Shown here in pieces: positions 11,277 to 23,706 of a stretch of DNA of 64,000 nucleotides (positions are counted from its first letter, which is position 1; every line of letters starts with the position of its first letter). Below the pieces are notes generated by a model, which saw nothing but the letters and a program-made list of their open reading frames with translations, had not been told where the DNA came from and searched no databases. The translations under genes were made by a program, and so were the position numbers. Source of the DNA: Chiloscyllium plagiosum (taxonomy: Eukaryota); NCBI RefSeq assembly GCF_004010195.1, contig NC_057718.1:9868872-9932871 (forward strand). Direction: 5' to 3'.

Positions 11277-12822
11277 TGCTGAATATTTAATCTTGCACAG
11301 GCAGCTGCAAAGCGTAACAAAAGAAATGGAATAAGACACTTTGAATTGAAGTAGTTCATTCAACAGTTAACCACTCCACTTCTGTACGACCTGCAATGTT
11401 TATCTAGCTCCCCCAATAATATTGCTGGAGGAGCTTTATTGTTATAGTCCAGTTAAGGAAAAGGGAATAGATGGAAAGAGAGGCCAGTCAGCGTAAACAG
11501 TACTGTAGTTTTGGTCAGGGATTTCTAGTTTAATATGCTATCAACCTCCTATGGTGAACCATTGTTTTGTTGGAGAAGGGTTGCTATCTGAATGCTTCTG
11601 CAGCTTATGTTGGCTCTGTTATAAAGAGGACACTGTCTGACTCTTGCTGGAAGTGGGTTGCACTGTCAGAACTATAAAATGAGGCAGTAAAAACAGACCT
11701 TTCTCTGACCATTGGGTACTGTTTGAAAGTTTCTGCTACTGTAGTCTCACGATGAAGGAAGGTCAGTGCTACTAATGGAGTCAGTGTTCTCTGTTGAAAC
11801 TGGCAGAAAACCAGTGTGGTTTATGGGCATTTCAGAAATACAAGTGCCTGTTTTGTATTTTAGATTTTAAAAAAAGCAGCCATTAAGTTAGTGTTGGAGA
11901 TTGGCGGTGGATTAGTAGCGTATTGATTGCTACTTGAGATAAGGAAGAGGCTCCCTGCCAGAACAGTTTTTCGAAAGATTATTTGGTGTTGGAAGCAGCA
12001 AACAGGTCTTTCAGGAAAGGATTGTAGGCAAAATAAAACATTTTTAATTATCTCGCAAAATTCCAACTTCGTCCCTTCAAAGGAATGAATACAGACATCA
12101 TCAAATCCTTAATTAAATAAAGTTTATAGAAGAATCCTTTCAAGTACTTTTGCTGAATGTAACATGTCTGTAACACAAGATTTTCTGAAACAAGGAATGA
12201 TTGATTTGATTTGATTGGATTCTGGATTTCAAGTCTTCTATGTATTTTTTTAAATCAATCCTTTCACATGTGACAGAAGAATATACTGTGAGGTCGGCAA
12301 GGACCTGGATTCAAATTCAACCGCAACTGATGTTGTGAGCATCTTGCCTGTAAGAGTGCTAAAAAAGAGAATTGGATTTTGGGGAGTCTCCATCTAACTT
12401 CCAACTTTACAGTGAAATAATGTGATGCTGTTGGAAAGGCTTTTTCTTTTTCTTTTTACAAAGACCTACAAGTGAAATACGAAACTGCCTCATTGCAATA
12501 AAAGCAGTTGGCTATGACCATTTAGACTTGCCCTTTTGGATTATTTCAGTCAGCAGCGAGGATTATCTCAAACCTCATCTATCTTGGTCAGCTATTGAAT
12601 ACAAAATTGAAAGAACGAGGGTGTTAATCCAGTAGTTCTCAGTGTGGTCAACGGGCTGGTCCACTGATGCATCGTAAAGCAGCCAAGGCCATTCAAGAGC
12701 GCAGAACCCTTGTCCCCACCCATTTGTTTGATGTCATGCAACCAGACCAGCTCCCTCATGGAGCAAGTCATCATTACCATATGCAATAACAACATAGTTT
12801 TATTGGCAAGATCTATCCTACT

Positions 12823-13072
12823 GCTGTGCTTTTGACAGGACAGGAACAGTGAATTGATGGCTGGGTTCCAAGCTGGAGACATTTGTATCAGGTTTGTCAT
12901 TCAGCTGGTTCACTGTAATTTTCAGCCCCAACAATGTGCAATTGCAAGATTGGATTTTCAACATGGGGCTGAAAATTCAGGATGAACCAACTGAATGAGG
13001 AACCTGACATGAATATCTCTTGCTTGGAACTCTGCCATCATCTCAATGCCCCTGTCCTATCAAAACCACAGC
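12823..13072. repeat. Long imperfect palindrome (two ~108-bp arms)
   Basis: 12823-12930 is the reverse complement of 12964-13072 (e.g. AATTTTCAGCCCCA / TGGGGCTGAAAATT; GTTCCAAGC / GCTTGGAAC; TTTTGACAGGACAGG / CCTGTCCTATCAAAA). Confidence 0.85.
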
Positions 13073-13479
13073 CATTTTTCCCCATGAAATCTGATGACTT
13101 CTTCTGTGGTTGACAGTGTAAGTAGTTGGGGAAGGCACCAGTAGATGGTTTGTTGGCTCTTTTGCCAAGCTTAAGTGGACTATGGAAGGAAAAGGTTTGA
13201 AGACCATGGTGTTAATCCATTTAACCCTTGAGCTTGCTGTTGTATTGCTCTGTTACTTGGGTGTCATGCCAGTGTCTCTGTTTGAAGCGACCGAATGACA
13301 TCACCTGTGAAACCATGTCCCTGAACTGGTAGTTGAACTCTGCAGAGGAGAGGTAAGAAGAGTAAACAGTGAAGGATTGTAAAAGGAAGAGACTGAGGAA
13401 AAGGAAAGGAAATGGTCAATCCCAATTTATTTGTTTAGTATATGACTTGGAAAGATCCAATTCCAACCAATTCTATACT

Positions 13480-13700
13480 GCTCCCTGTAGAGTAAACCAA
13501 TTCAGTCCCATTGTGCCCTACTAACCCTGTGGCCCTCCAAGCTTATTTCTGCCAAGTACCCATCAATTATCATCTCCACTTCCATCATCCTTGTAGGTAG
13601 AGAGTTCCCAGTCATTACCACTCTCAACATAAAAACATTGTTCTTCATGTGTTCCTTGCCTAAAACCTTAAATGTGTACCTGGCCCTTCTAATCCAACAT
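13480..13700 (-). mobile_element. CR1 3' fragment
   Basis: Minus ORF FKVLGK..NVFMLRVVMTGNSLP, a decayed FSxRVVxxWNxLP motif. Confidence 0.7.
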
Positions 13701-13859
13701 GGTATTATTTGGCTAACTGTGATGATGATGTAACCCAATCCCATCGGGCTTCAGCTACATACTCAGCAACGTACTTTCTGTCATGGACATTTGTGAGGAG
13801 GAACTCGATCCTTGGTTGATCGCCCCCTCATGCCCCTGTTACATCTTTTAATGAGAGCA

Positions 13860-14090
13860 TTCTAGCAAAGGGGAGTCTTTGGGGTGACCTAACATAAGGG
13901 ATGTCTTTTGGTTCAATGAAGAGAAGATGTTTTCATTTGCAGGCGAGACCAAGATGAAGGGTCAAAGGTACAGGATAATCACTAATAGACCAAGGAGGAA
14001 ATTCAGGAGAAACATCTTTGCCCAGCAAATGGTGAGAATGGTTGAAACAAACAGCATACGTATATTTAAGGGGAAGCGAGATAACCACAG
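13860..14090 (+). mobile_element. CR1 3' fragment
   Basis: ETKMKGQRYRI..RRNIFAQQMVRM, a decayed CR1 ORF2 C-terminus. Confidence 0.7.
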
Positions 14091-14700
14091 TTTTATGTTG
14101 AAGTTTGCCGACTAGATGCCCACCTCCCACCTGTGGCTCCAAGAAGTGGCTTGCAAGCAGCAACAGTTACACTGCAGAAGACCACTTTGACTGGTGAGTT
14201 TAACCAAGTGAGGGTGGCTGACAGGCTTCCAACCTTCAATGAATTTGGGATTTGCTTATTCCTAGTTCACAAAGACTTGTTGCAGTGTCCTCTGCAGAAG
14301 AAATCACTTGTTTAATTCAATGGCCAAGAGAGCAGAGCGTTGTGGAGCATGGAGAATATGATAAGGTGAAAAATGGTCATGGTCATTCATTGCAGCCAAA
14401 GACACCTTTGGATGTTATAGTTCTCTGTGCTGGTGAACCCAGCCTTCTATGGTTGAGAGAGTGGAACTATTTGTGTGTAATGGTTCTTGCCTTTTAAAAG
14501 CATTCATGCACAGGTTTTTGTACACGATTATCTTTGTCATCAGTGAACCTGCATATCCATAATTCTCTTTGATTTTGAAGGGCAACCGTTGTCATCAGAT
14601 TCACACGAGGGAGAGGTGAGGAGGACACATAGAGTTTGATGGAATAAGTTAGAAGGAGACTAATGTGGCACATAGACATTGCCATGGTCACTCAGTGGAA

Positions 14701-15248
14701 GGTGGCACAGTGGCTCAGTTGTTAGAACTGCTGTCTCACAGTGCCAGAATCCGGGTTTGATTCCACCTTCAGGCGACTGTGTGGAGCTTGTGCATTCTCC
14801 CTGTGTCTGAGTGAGTTTATATAGATTAGATTAGATTAGATTAGATTAGATTAGATTACATTACTTACGGTGTGGAAACAGGCCCTTCGGCCCAACGAGT
14901 CCACACCAACCCGCCAAATCGCAACCCACCCAGACCCATTCTCCTACATTTACCCCTTCAACTAACACTACGGGCAATTTAGCGTGGCCAATCCACCTAA
15001 TCTCCACATTTTTGGACTGTGGGAGGAAACCAGAGCACCTGGAAGAAACCCACACAGTCACGGGGAGAATGTGCAAACTCCACACAGTCGCCTGAGGCGC
15101 TGTGAGGCAGCAGTGCTAACCATGTTTCCTCCCACAGTCCAAAGATATGTAGGATGGGTGGGCTAGCCATGGAAAATGCAGGGTGATAGGGTAGGGGAGA
15201 TGGGTCTGGGTTGGATGCTCTTTGGAGGGTCATTGTGGATTCTGTGTA
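14701..15248 (+). mobile_element. HE1 SINE split by an antisense HE1 insertion
   Basis: Head at 14701-14818; resumes at 15125 (tttcctcccacagtccaaagat). Confidence 0.8.
14823..15123 (-). mobile_element. HE1 SINE with (TAATC)n tail
   Basis: (GATTA)n at 14824-14858, then reverse HE1. Confidence 0.9.
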
Positions 15249-15254
15249 GTAATC

Positions 15255-15585
15255 TTTTACAAGATGAGTAGGGGTTTAGATAGGGTCGACAGTGAGAATC
15301 TTTTTCCACGTATGGAGTCAGCTATAACAAGGGGGCATAGCTTTAAATTAAGGGGGGGGGTAGGTATAGGACAGATGGTACGGGTATGTTCTTTACTCAG
15401 CGAGTCGTGAGTTCATGGAATGCTCTGCCAGTAGCAGTGGTGGACTCTCCCTCATTATGGGCATTTAAGCGGGCATTGGATAGGCATATGGAGGATAGTG
15501 GGCTAGTGTAGGTTAGGTGGGCTTGGATCAGCGCAACATCGAGGGCCGAAGGGCCTGTACTGCGCTGTATTCTTCTATGTTCTAA
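15255..15585 (+). mobile_element. CR1 3' end
   Basis: GLDRVD..LFP..TRGHSFKL motif, tail ttctatgttcta. Confidence 0.9.
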
Positions 15586-15631
15586 TCCTTGGTCTCTATG
15601 ACCTGCCTCTTAATTCTATATACAAGTTATG

Positions 15632-15745
15632 GAGTTCTTGTTGCACAGTGGTAGTGTCCCTACCTGTGGGCCAAGATTTTTGGGTTAGTTCCAACTGTTC
15701 CAGAGATGTGTCATGAGACGTCTGCACTGATTGATGAAAGCATTC
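15632..15745 (+). mobile_element. Short (~120 bp) tRNA-derived SINE
   Basis: gagttcttgttgcacagtggtagtgtccctacc..ttccagagatgtgtcat. Related copies at ~1722-1810(-), 16610-16712(-), 26445-26552(-), 28318-28440(+). Confidence 0.6.
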
Positions 15746-16214
15746 ATAAGCAAATCAAGGACTGAACCAGAGGCTTGTCTGTTCTCGTGGGCCCAGTATA
15801 ACAAGGCATGGTGCCCTGACTTAAATTGAATCACCAGTCAGCTCAACTTATGCCATTTCTTAAATTAATTAAAATGACTGTGGTTTAATCAACTGCCAAC
15901 TCACAGTCTACAGATTTGGCTTTCAGTGCTCAACTGCAGCACCTGACACCTGGTGAAATGTTAAGCTACCCTCTCTTACCAATGATTCACCTTTGTCTGC
16001 ATTTTTGAGGAATGTTGGAATGTCTAAGACAGCACTGCTCACTCTGTAGGCTTTCTGTAGAATGATTTTTACTGCAAATAAAAATGTTATCTCTTGAGCT
16101 TTTAAACACTTTCCCACTGTGGCTACTTTGTAAAACTATTTCATCTCCATGATTAACATAGGGTGTAGTTGAACATTCAAAAACTATCATTGCTAATGTT
16201 TTAATTTGATGGCC

Positions 16215-16535
16215 TTGCTGCTGTTAATTAGACAGACCAAAGTTCTGACAAGCCATAAGTGCGAGGCATGCCTGGTTAATCTGTACTCCATATAGTTGGT
16301 TAAAGCAAGAATGTTGGCTGTGGGAGCACTGGCAGCATTCCCTGCTCTTTGAACAGTGTCAGAGGATCATTATAACAAACAGAGCTTCAATTTAACATTT
16401 CCTTTGGAACACATCCCTTCCAAATAATATAGACTCCCTTCAGTACTGCTCTGAGATATCCCCCAAGGTTTTGTGCTCTAGTCTTGGTGTCAAACACACA
16501 AACCTCTGACTGTAAGAATGTCAGCAACCAAGTCT
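16215..16535 (-). mobile_element. Degenerate DeuSINE
   Basis: ctcccttcagtactgc; ccctgctctttgaacagtgtcagaggatc (Deu-domain in reverse). Confidence 0.55.
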
Positions 16536-17149
16536 GGTTGCTAATTAGTATATGTATCGGTAAATTAATGCTGATGGTCTCATGGAGATTGGTCAATCTC
16601 CGGTAGCTATTTTAATCAACCTGTTGGGGTGATTATGACATACCTCCATGGCAGGTGGAACTTGATTCCTGACTTCCATACCCTGTGGTAGGGACGCAAC
16701 CACAAGAACTCTCCTATTTTGGATGAACCGTTGATAATGGGTGTCAAATGCAACTGAGGCTTTTTTTTATTATTGCTGGGCTAATTCAGGAATGGAGCTT
16801 AATGTAGAGGGCCGTGTTTCTGGGCTGGGGAAAGAAAGGGAACTTGTAGATGGAATGGAGAAAGTGAAAATATAAGTAACTATATAAATAAAAAGTGTAT
16901 GTATGATTGACTTGTTGAAAGGAGGTGAATTCATCTGTCAGCTCGATATTGAGAAGCAAAGTAGTCTTGTGTCACAACAATGCTCACTCCTAATAGGAGT
17001 TCCCGATAAATTCAAATTCGGAGCTGGTGAGAGCTTTAATTTATGAGGGGGGAGCAGGAGGAGACCATTTCACCTCTCAAACCCATTCAGGAAGAGCCTG
17101 ACATGTTTCATAATCCTTTAATTTTTTTTGTTTATTAAAAATAATGCCT

Positions 17150-17478
17150 TTTTGAATTAGAAGATTGTGGGTTCATACAATGAAACATTCTCCGGTGTAT
17201 TATTGAGGGAGTGCTGCACTGCCGGAAATGCCACCTTTTAGTTGCAATGTTGGTTTAAGGCACCAGAGACGTTAAAGATCCCATGGCACTCCTTCAAACA
17301 AAACAAGGCAGTTCTCCTTGATGTCCTGGTCAATGTTTGGCAGCGAAGAGCACCGAAAATCAGTGTTAGATCATTGCTGTTAATGGGCGACAGTGAATAC
17401 ACTTCAGGGCCTTCATTGATTGTGAAGTACTTTGGGGCGTCGTAAGGTGCAACATGAAAACAACCCTTTTTTTTGTCC
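17150..17478 (+). mobile_element. DeuSINE (SacSINE1-like)
   Basis: Deu-domain GAGGGAGTGCTGCACTGCCGGAAATGCC..AAAGATCCCATGGCACT..GTTCTCCTTGATGTCCTGGTCAAT. Confidence 0.8.
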
Positions 17479-18254
17479 ATCCTCTTAAAGGTAGAAATCT
17501 ACTTTGAAGTTATTGCATTTTTCTTGCGAGGAAGGGGCCAAGTCACTGAACAATTGTGCACAAGAAGAAGTTTTGCCTCCAAATATTAAGACTGTTGTCT
17601 TATTAAGCAAATTGTAGGACTAAATACTGCCATCCCTGGTTGAAATCAGAAAACTTGGCACTCAGTAAGTAGTGATTCAAAGAGTCTTAATGATCAGCAC
17701 AGGGCTATAGCACCTTTGTATTGACCAAGGTCCTGTGCCTGCTCCAAGTGATATGTAAGCCCAAATTCAAATCGTCATCTCATTTCAAAGCTTGTTTTGA
17801 GAAATAATGCTGAGAACCACTCAGCGGATGTGTGCTACTAGAAATGTCCATCATTTTGTGTGCCAACTTTTCACTGGCAAGGATTCAAGAGTGGGAGGAA
17901 CATGCTGAAGAGCAAACAAATGAGGGAAAGCCTGTGGAGGCTGTGCTTTGAGTCAACAGTCTGTGTATGCACAGTGGGAGATCAGGTTGTCGCTGATATG
18001 ACCTTGAGAAGTGAAAATCCAGAGCAAACCAACTGACGCAATAAACAGGACCTTGCCAGATTTCCTTTGGCGACAGCATTTTGCAAATACAAGGCCTTGA
18101 ATTTTGTTGTCACTGGAATTGTGATCAATGAAAATGTGATCTTGTTAACTGGACAGATCACAGAGAATATTCCCTCTGCCCTAGCCCAAATCACAACATC
18201 ACGGAATTGAAGTGTACCTTTTTTTCCCCCCCATGATAATTAATTAGAATCCTT

Positions 18255-18555
18255 ATTTTTTTTCCCCCCACTGTGAAGGTGTCACTAGCTATTATTATTG
18301 CCCATTACTAATTGTCCTAGAGAAAGTGGTGGTGAGTGGCCTATAGTCCCCGGGTGTAAATTAACCCAGAGTGCCATTAGGTTGGGCGTTCTAGGATATT
18401 GACTCAGTGACAGTGAAGTAACAGCAATGTCATTTCAAATTAGGGTTTTTGTGCTTGGAGAGGAGTTTGTAGGTGGAAGGGATCACATGTATTCACTGCC
18501 CTTATCCTTCTGAAAGGTAGAGGTCACGGGTTGGAAGGTGCTGTCAAAGGCAATG
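18255..18555 (-). mobile_element. 3' end of the tRNA-headed LINE family
   Basis: Reverse of 23420-23700 (gtggtggtgag; gaaggtgctgtc). Confidence 0.7.
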
Positions 18556-18666
18556 AGTAAGTGAGATTATGATTATTCTGGCTCCCCCCCTAAATTAGCT
18601 CATTGTTTGTAGGGCATTCTCTTCCATGATCAACTATATGAAATTAATGTATAATATTTGGCTGTT

Positions 18667-19290
18667 TGTTATGGACTAGGTCAGACCATTCAAAACATTC
18701 TTAAGCAGGCAGCCCAGACCATAACTCTGCAATTTGTTTCGGTAAGTGTACGATGAAAATTACCTGGATTAGGTTAGCAAGGATGACTACCAGTTTTTAA
18801 AATAGACAAAACATTTATTCACACAATTACACAATGAAACATGAAGAACAGAATAAAGAACCCCTACACAACTCAGTCTATCCAAACAAGACTTAATTAT
18901 GCTGTTCCGAATATACACAACAGTCCCTATAGGCAAGCCCGCTTTAAAACAGTACAAAAAAGGGTCTGATGCTTACAGGTTGAAGTTAGAAGGGCAGGAG
19001 AGAGAGTTTCTACACATCTCACTGTTGAAATCCCAACCAGTTCTGGACTGAACTAAACTGCTCAGCTCAACGAGAGAGCTGGCCACTCCCCTTTAATTCT
19101 ACAGGTCACTTCTAAAGCATGACCACTTTGGCCTGACATCTCATCTGTTTACATATAAACAAAAGGCCTCTCAAAATCCCTTTCATCTCTGTACCAGCCT
19201 GGTTTATTACCCTGCTGAAAAAAAATCAAGGACAGAGTCTCCTTGAGCCAAGGAACAGCTTTTAGGGAAAAAACAACTAGCTTTGTGACA
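18667..19290 (-). mobile_element. Solo LTR (624 bp), probably Gypsy/Ty3
   Basis: Termini TGTTATGG...TTGTGACA (TGT..ACA), 4-bp TSD TGTT at 18663-18666 and 19291-19294, AATAAA on minus ~150 bp from its 3' end. Confidence 0.8.
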
Positions 19291-19589
19291 TGTTACTCTG
19301 ACACATGTCAGAACTACCGCCCCCATCAAACTATCTGTGAGACAAATTCAATGAAGGAATAGTCTGTTACATATCCAACATTGTACAGGACATTACATTA
19401 GGAACAACAGCTTGGATACTGAATGAGAGAATGTTTCAGGACTGAGTATTAAAATACAAGCTAATTCTGATCATTAGCCTTAATTGCTTACTCTTCCATG
19501 AAACTGGGCTGTTAGACTGGTCCACCACATCACAACAACAACTTGTATTTATTTAGCACCTTTTACACAGTCCTTTTACCCAAGGTGAT

Positions 19590-19800
19590 TTCCTCAGATG
19601 GTGATGGTAGTAAGGGCGTGGAATGCCTTGCCTGCAGCAGTAGTAGATTCGCCAACTTTAGGGGCATTTAAATGGTCATTGGATAAGTATATGGATGATG
19701 CAATAGCGTAGGTTAGACGGGCTTCAGATCGGTTTCATAGGTCAGCGCAACATTTGAGTGCTGAAGGGCCTGTACTGTGCTGTATTGTTCTATGTTCTAT
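19590..19800 (+). mobile_element. CR1 3' end
   Basis: tggaatgccttgcc..gaagggcctgtactgtgctgtattgttctatgttctat. Confidence 0.85.
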
Positions 19801-20616
19801 AAGACCAAAGGAGACCATAGGAAAGAGGAACAAGATCAGGCCGCTTTGCCCCTTGAGCCTGCTCTACCATTCAATAGGATAATGGCTGATCCGGGGGAAT
19901 TGCAAAGAAAATTTGTCATCGGACTACAAAAGTGCACATTAGAACAGGCGACCAAATCTTAGACTATAAAATGGATTTTAAAGAAGAGGAGAGGATGCAG
20001 AGGTTCAGAAACAGAATTTCAAAATTTTGCACATAAGTAACATTTCTCAGTGTTGGAGTGTTTGAAGGCATCCGGATTTGGAGGAATGCAGGAATCTGGC
20101 TGGAGGAGATTAGAGATATGAAAAGGATTTCCATGAAAGGGCTCAAAAACAACAATGAGAAATTTTTAAATCTGTCAACGCTATGGTGTAATTTTACTGT
20201 TGTGATACCATTGTAATGCTGCATGTATTTATGACGATATGGAGAAATTTAAATTGCATGGTTGTCCATTGTCATTTAGCAAGCATCTTGTTTTGTTATT
20301 TTTCCTCTTGAGAGTTATTGATGTATGAGACTCAAGCATATAGATTATTCTGTTAGCCAAACCTAGGTGGATGGGTAAAACATTGATGGTGTAGTATCCT
20401 GGAAATGACATTAACCTGGTAATATTTAGATTATCCAGAGACTCTGACTGCTTTTTGATGACTTTGTGTGTTGTGTCACATTTTTATTTACATTGGTCAT
20501 GTACACAACCATGGTTGTGGTATTAATTTAGTTTCAATTTCAATGCTTGTCATTGTTTAGCTTGTGGATACTTCCTAGCTCTAAGATCGTTTCTGAGAGA
20601 GTTCACAAGGGCTGTA

Positions 20617-23600
20617 GGGGGATGGCGATGGCCACGTGTTGGTGTCGCTGGACTATTAATCCAGCAACTCAGTTAATGTTCTGGGGACCTGGGTTCAAGT
20701 TGTGCGGGTGGAATTTGAATTCAGTTTAAAAAAAAAACCCTGAAATTAAAGATTCTACTGATGACTTTGAAATCATTTTCAAATGTCAGAAACACCCATC
20801 TGGTTCATTGATGTCAGGGAAGGAGATCTGCCATACTCACCTGGTCTGGTCTAGGTGTGACTTGAGACCCACGACGATGTGATTGACTTTCAGATGTCCT
20901 CTGAAATGGCCGAACAAGCCAATCACTACAGAGTTTCAAAGAAATGAAACTGGATGGATCACCAGGTATCAACCTAGGCACCAGAAAAGATAATGGCAGA
21001 AACAGCCTTGTCAATCCTGCAAAGACCACCTCAATAATATCTGGGGGCTAGTGCCAAACCTGGGAGAGCTGTCTCTCAGACTAGCCAAGCAACAGCCTCA
21101 TGCAGTCATACTTCCAGAACCATACCTTACAATGTTCCAGATATAATCATCACCACCCCGTTATGTCCTGTCCCACTGGCAGGACAGACCTGGCAGACTT
21201 GGTGACAGAGTGGTATGCACACGGCAGGGAGTTGCCCTGGGAGTCGGCTTCATTGATTCTGGGCTTCATGAAGTCTCATAGTTTCAGGTTAAACATGGGC
21301 AAAGAAACCTCCTCCTGGTTGCCACATACCGTCCTCCGTTGGCTGATGAATCGGTATTTCTCCGTGTTGAGCAACACTTGGAGGAAGCACTGTGGGTGGC
21401 AAGTGTGCAAAACGTACTCTGGGTGGGGGATTTCAATGTCCACCACAAAAATTGCCTCAACAGCAGCACCACTGATCAACCTGGCTAAGCCCTAAATGAT
21501 GTAGCTGTTAGACTGGGTCTGTGGCAGGTGGTGAAGGAATCAACAAGAGGGGAAAACATACTTGATCTGATCCGTGCCAGCCTGTCAGCTGCAGATGTAT
21601 CTGCTCGTGACAGTATCAGTAAGAGTTACCACTGCACAGTCCTTGCAGAGACACAGCCCCACTTTCATATTGAGAATACCCTCCATCATGTTGTGAGGCA
21701 GTACCATATGCTAAATGGGACAGACTGCAAACAGATCTAGCAACTCAAGACCGAGCATACATGAGACACTGTGGGACATCAACAGCAGCAGAATCGTACT
21801 CTAGCACAATCTGTAACCTCATGGCCCAGCATATTCCCCAGTCAACCGTTACCATCAAACCAGGTTCAATGGAGAGTGCAGGAGGGCATGCCAGGAGCAG
21901 CACCAGGCAAACCTGAAGATGAGGTGTCAATCTGGTGAAGCTACCAAGCAGAGCTACTTGCATGCCAAACACCATAGGCAGTAAGTGATAGACAGATCAA
22001 AGTGATCCAACAGTCTAAAGATCAGATCTAAGCTCCACAGCCTTGCCACATCCAGTTGTGAATGGTGGTGGACAACTAGACAAGTCACTGGAGGAGGAGG
22101 CTCCACAAATATCCCCATCCTCAATGATGGAAGAGCCCAGCATATCAGTGCAAAAGATAAGGTTGACGCATTTGCAGCAATCTTCAGCCAGAAGTGTTGA
22201 ATGAATGATTCATCTCTGCCTCATCCAGTGTTCCCCGCATTACAGATACCAATATTCAACCTTTGATTCACTCCATGTGACAACATTCTGGCAATAGTAC
22301 TGAAGACTTGTACTCCCCAAGCCAAGCTATTCCAGCACATTTATAGCACAGGCATCTACCGACAAGGTGGAAAATTGCCCAGGTATGTCCTGTACATAAA
22401 AAGCAGGACAAAATCAACCCAGCCAATTACCATCCTATCAGTCTACTCTCGATCATCAGTAAAGTGATGGAAAGTGTTATCAACAGTGCAAACAAGCAGC
22501 ATCTGCTTAGCAATAACCTGCTCAGTTATGCACAGGGCCACTCATCTCCTGACCTCCGTCTCGCCATGTTTCAAACATGGACAAAAGAGCAGAATTCCAC
22601 AGGTGAGGTGAGAGCTCTTGACATCAAAGTTACATTTAAGTGTGACATCAAGGAGCCCTAGCAAAACTAGAGTCAATAGGTATTTAGGGGGTAAACTCTG
22701 TTGATTGGAGTCATATCTGGCACATATGAAGATGGATGTGATTGTTGGAGGTCCATCATTTCAGTTCCAGGACATCTGTAGCTTAAGCCCAACAATCTTC
22801 AGCTACTTCATCAATGATCTTCCCTCCATCATAGAGTCAGAAGTGGGGTTGTTGGCCAATGATTGCACAATGTTTAGGCACCATTTGTGGCTTCTCAGAT
22901 GCTGAAACAGTCCATGTTCAAATGCAACACGATCTAAACAATATCCAGGCTGACATGTGCCATGTAACATCTGTGCCACACAAATGCCAGACTTAGACCC
23001 TCTCCAATGAGAGAGGATCTAACTATTGCTCCCTGACAGTCAATGGTGTTACCATCACTGAATTCTCCTCTATTGACGTCATTGGGGTTGACCAGAAACT
23101 CAACTGGAATTGCCACATTGGCTACAAGAGCAGGTCTGTAGCTAGGAATACTGTTGCGAGTATTCATCTCCTGACTCCCCAAAGCGTATCCATCATCTAC
23201 AAGGCATAAGTCAGGAGCGTAATGAAATACTCACCACTTGCCTGGATGGATGTAGCTCCATCAACACTCAAGAAGCTTGACACCATCCAGGATAGAGCAG
23301 CCCGCTTGAGTGGCACCACATCCACAAACACCCACCCCCCTCCATCACCAACGCTCAGTAGCAACAGTGTGTACCATCTACAAGACGCACAGCAGAAATT
23401 CACCAAAGATTCTCAGACAGCACTTTCCAAACTTTCAGCCATGTCTATCTAGAACGGCAAGAGGAGCAGATACATGGGAACACAACATCCTGCTATTTCC
23501 CTTTCGAGCCATTCGCTATCCTGACTTGGAAACAAAATCACCATTCCCTCACTAGTCACTGGGTCAAAACCCTGGAATTCCCTTCCTGTAGACTGCAGGG

Positions 23601-23706
23601 CTTCAAGAGGGCAGCTCACCACCATCTTCGGAAGGGCAACTACAGACAGGCAATACATTTTGGATGGTCAGCAATGCCCACATCCCACAAATGACTAATA
23701 GAAAAA
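20617..23706 (+). mobile_element. Near full-length decayed single-ORF non-LTR retrotransposon (CR1/Jockey group; APE endonuclease plus RT) with tRNA-like 5' head
   Basis: EN motifs NIWGL (~21036), GDFNVHH (~21427), TRGENILDLI (~21543). RT motifs WKIAQVCPVHKK..NYHPISLLS (~22368), ALDIK, FINDL, ANDC (decayed ADD). Many frameshifts. Head has a B-box-like GGGTTCAAGT. Confidence 0.85.
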
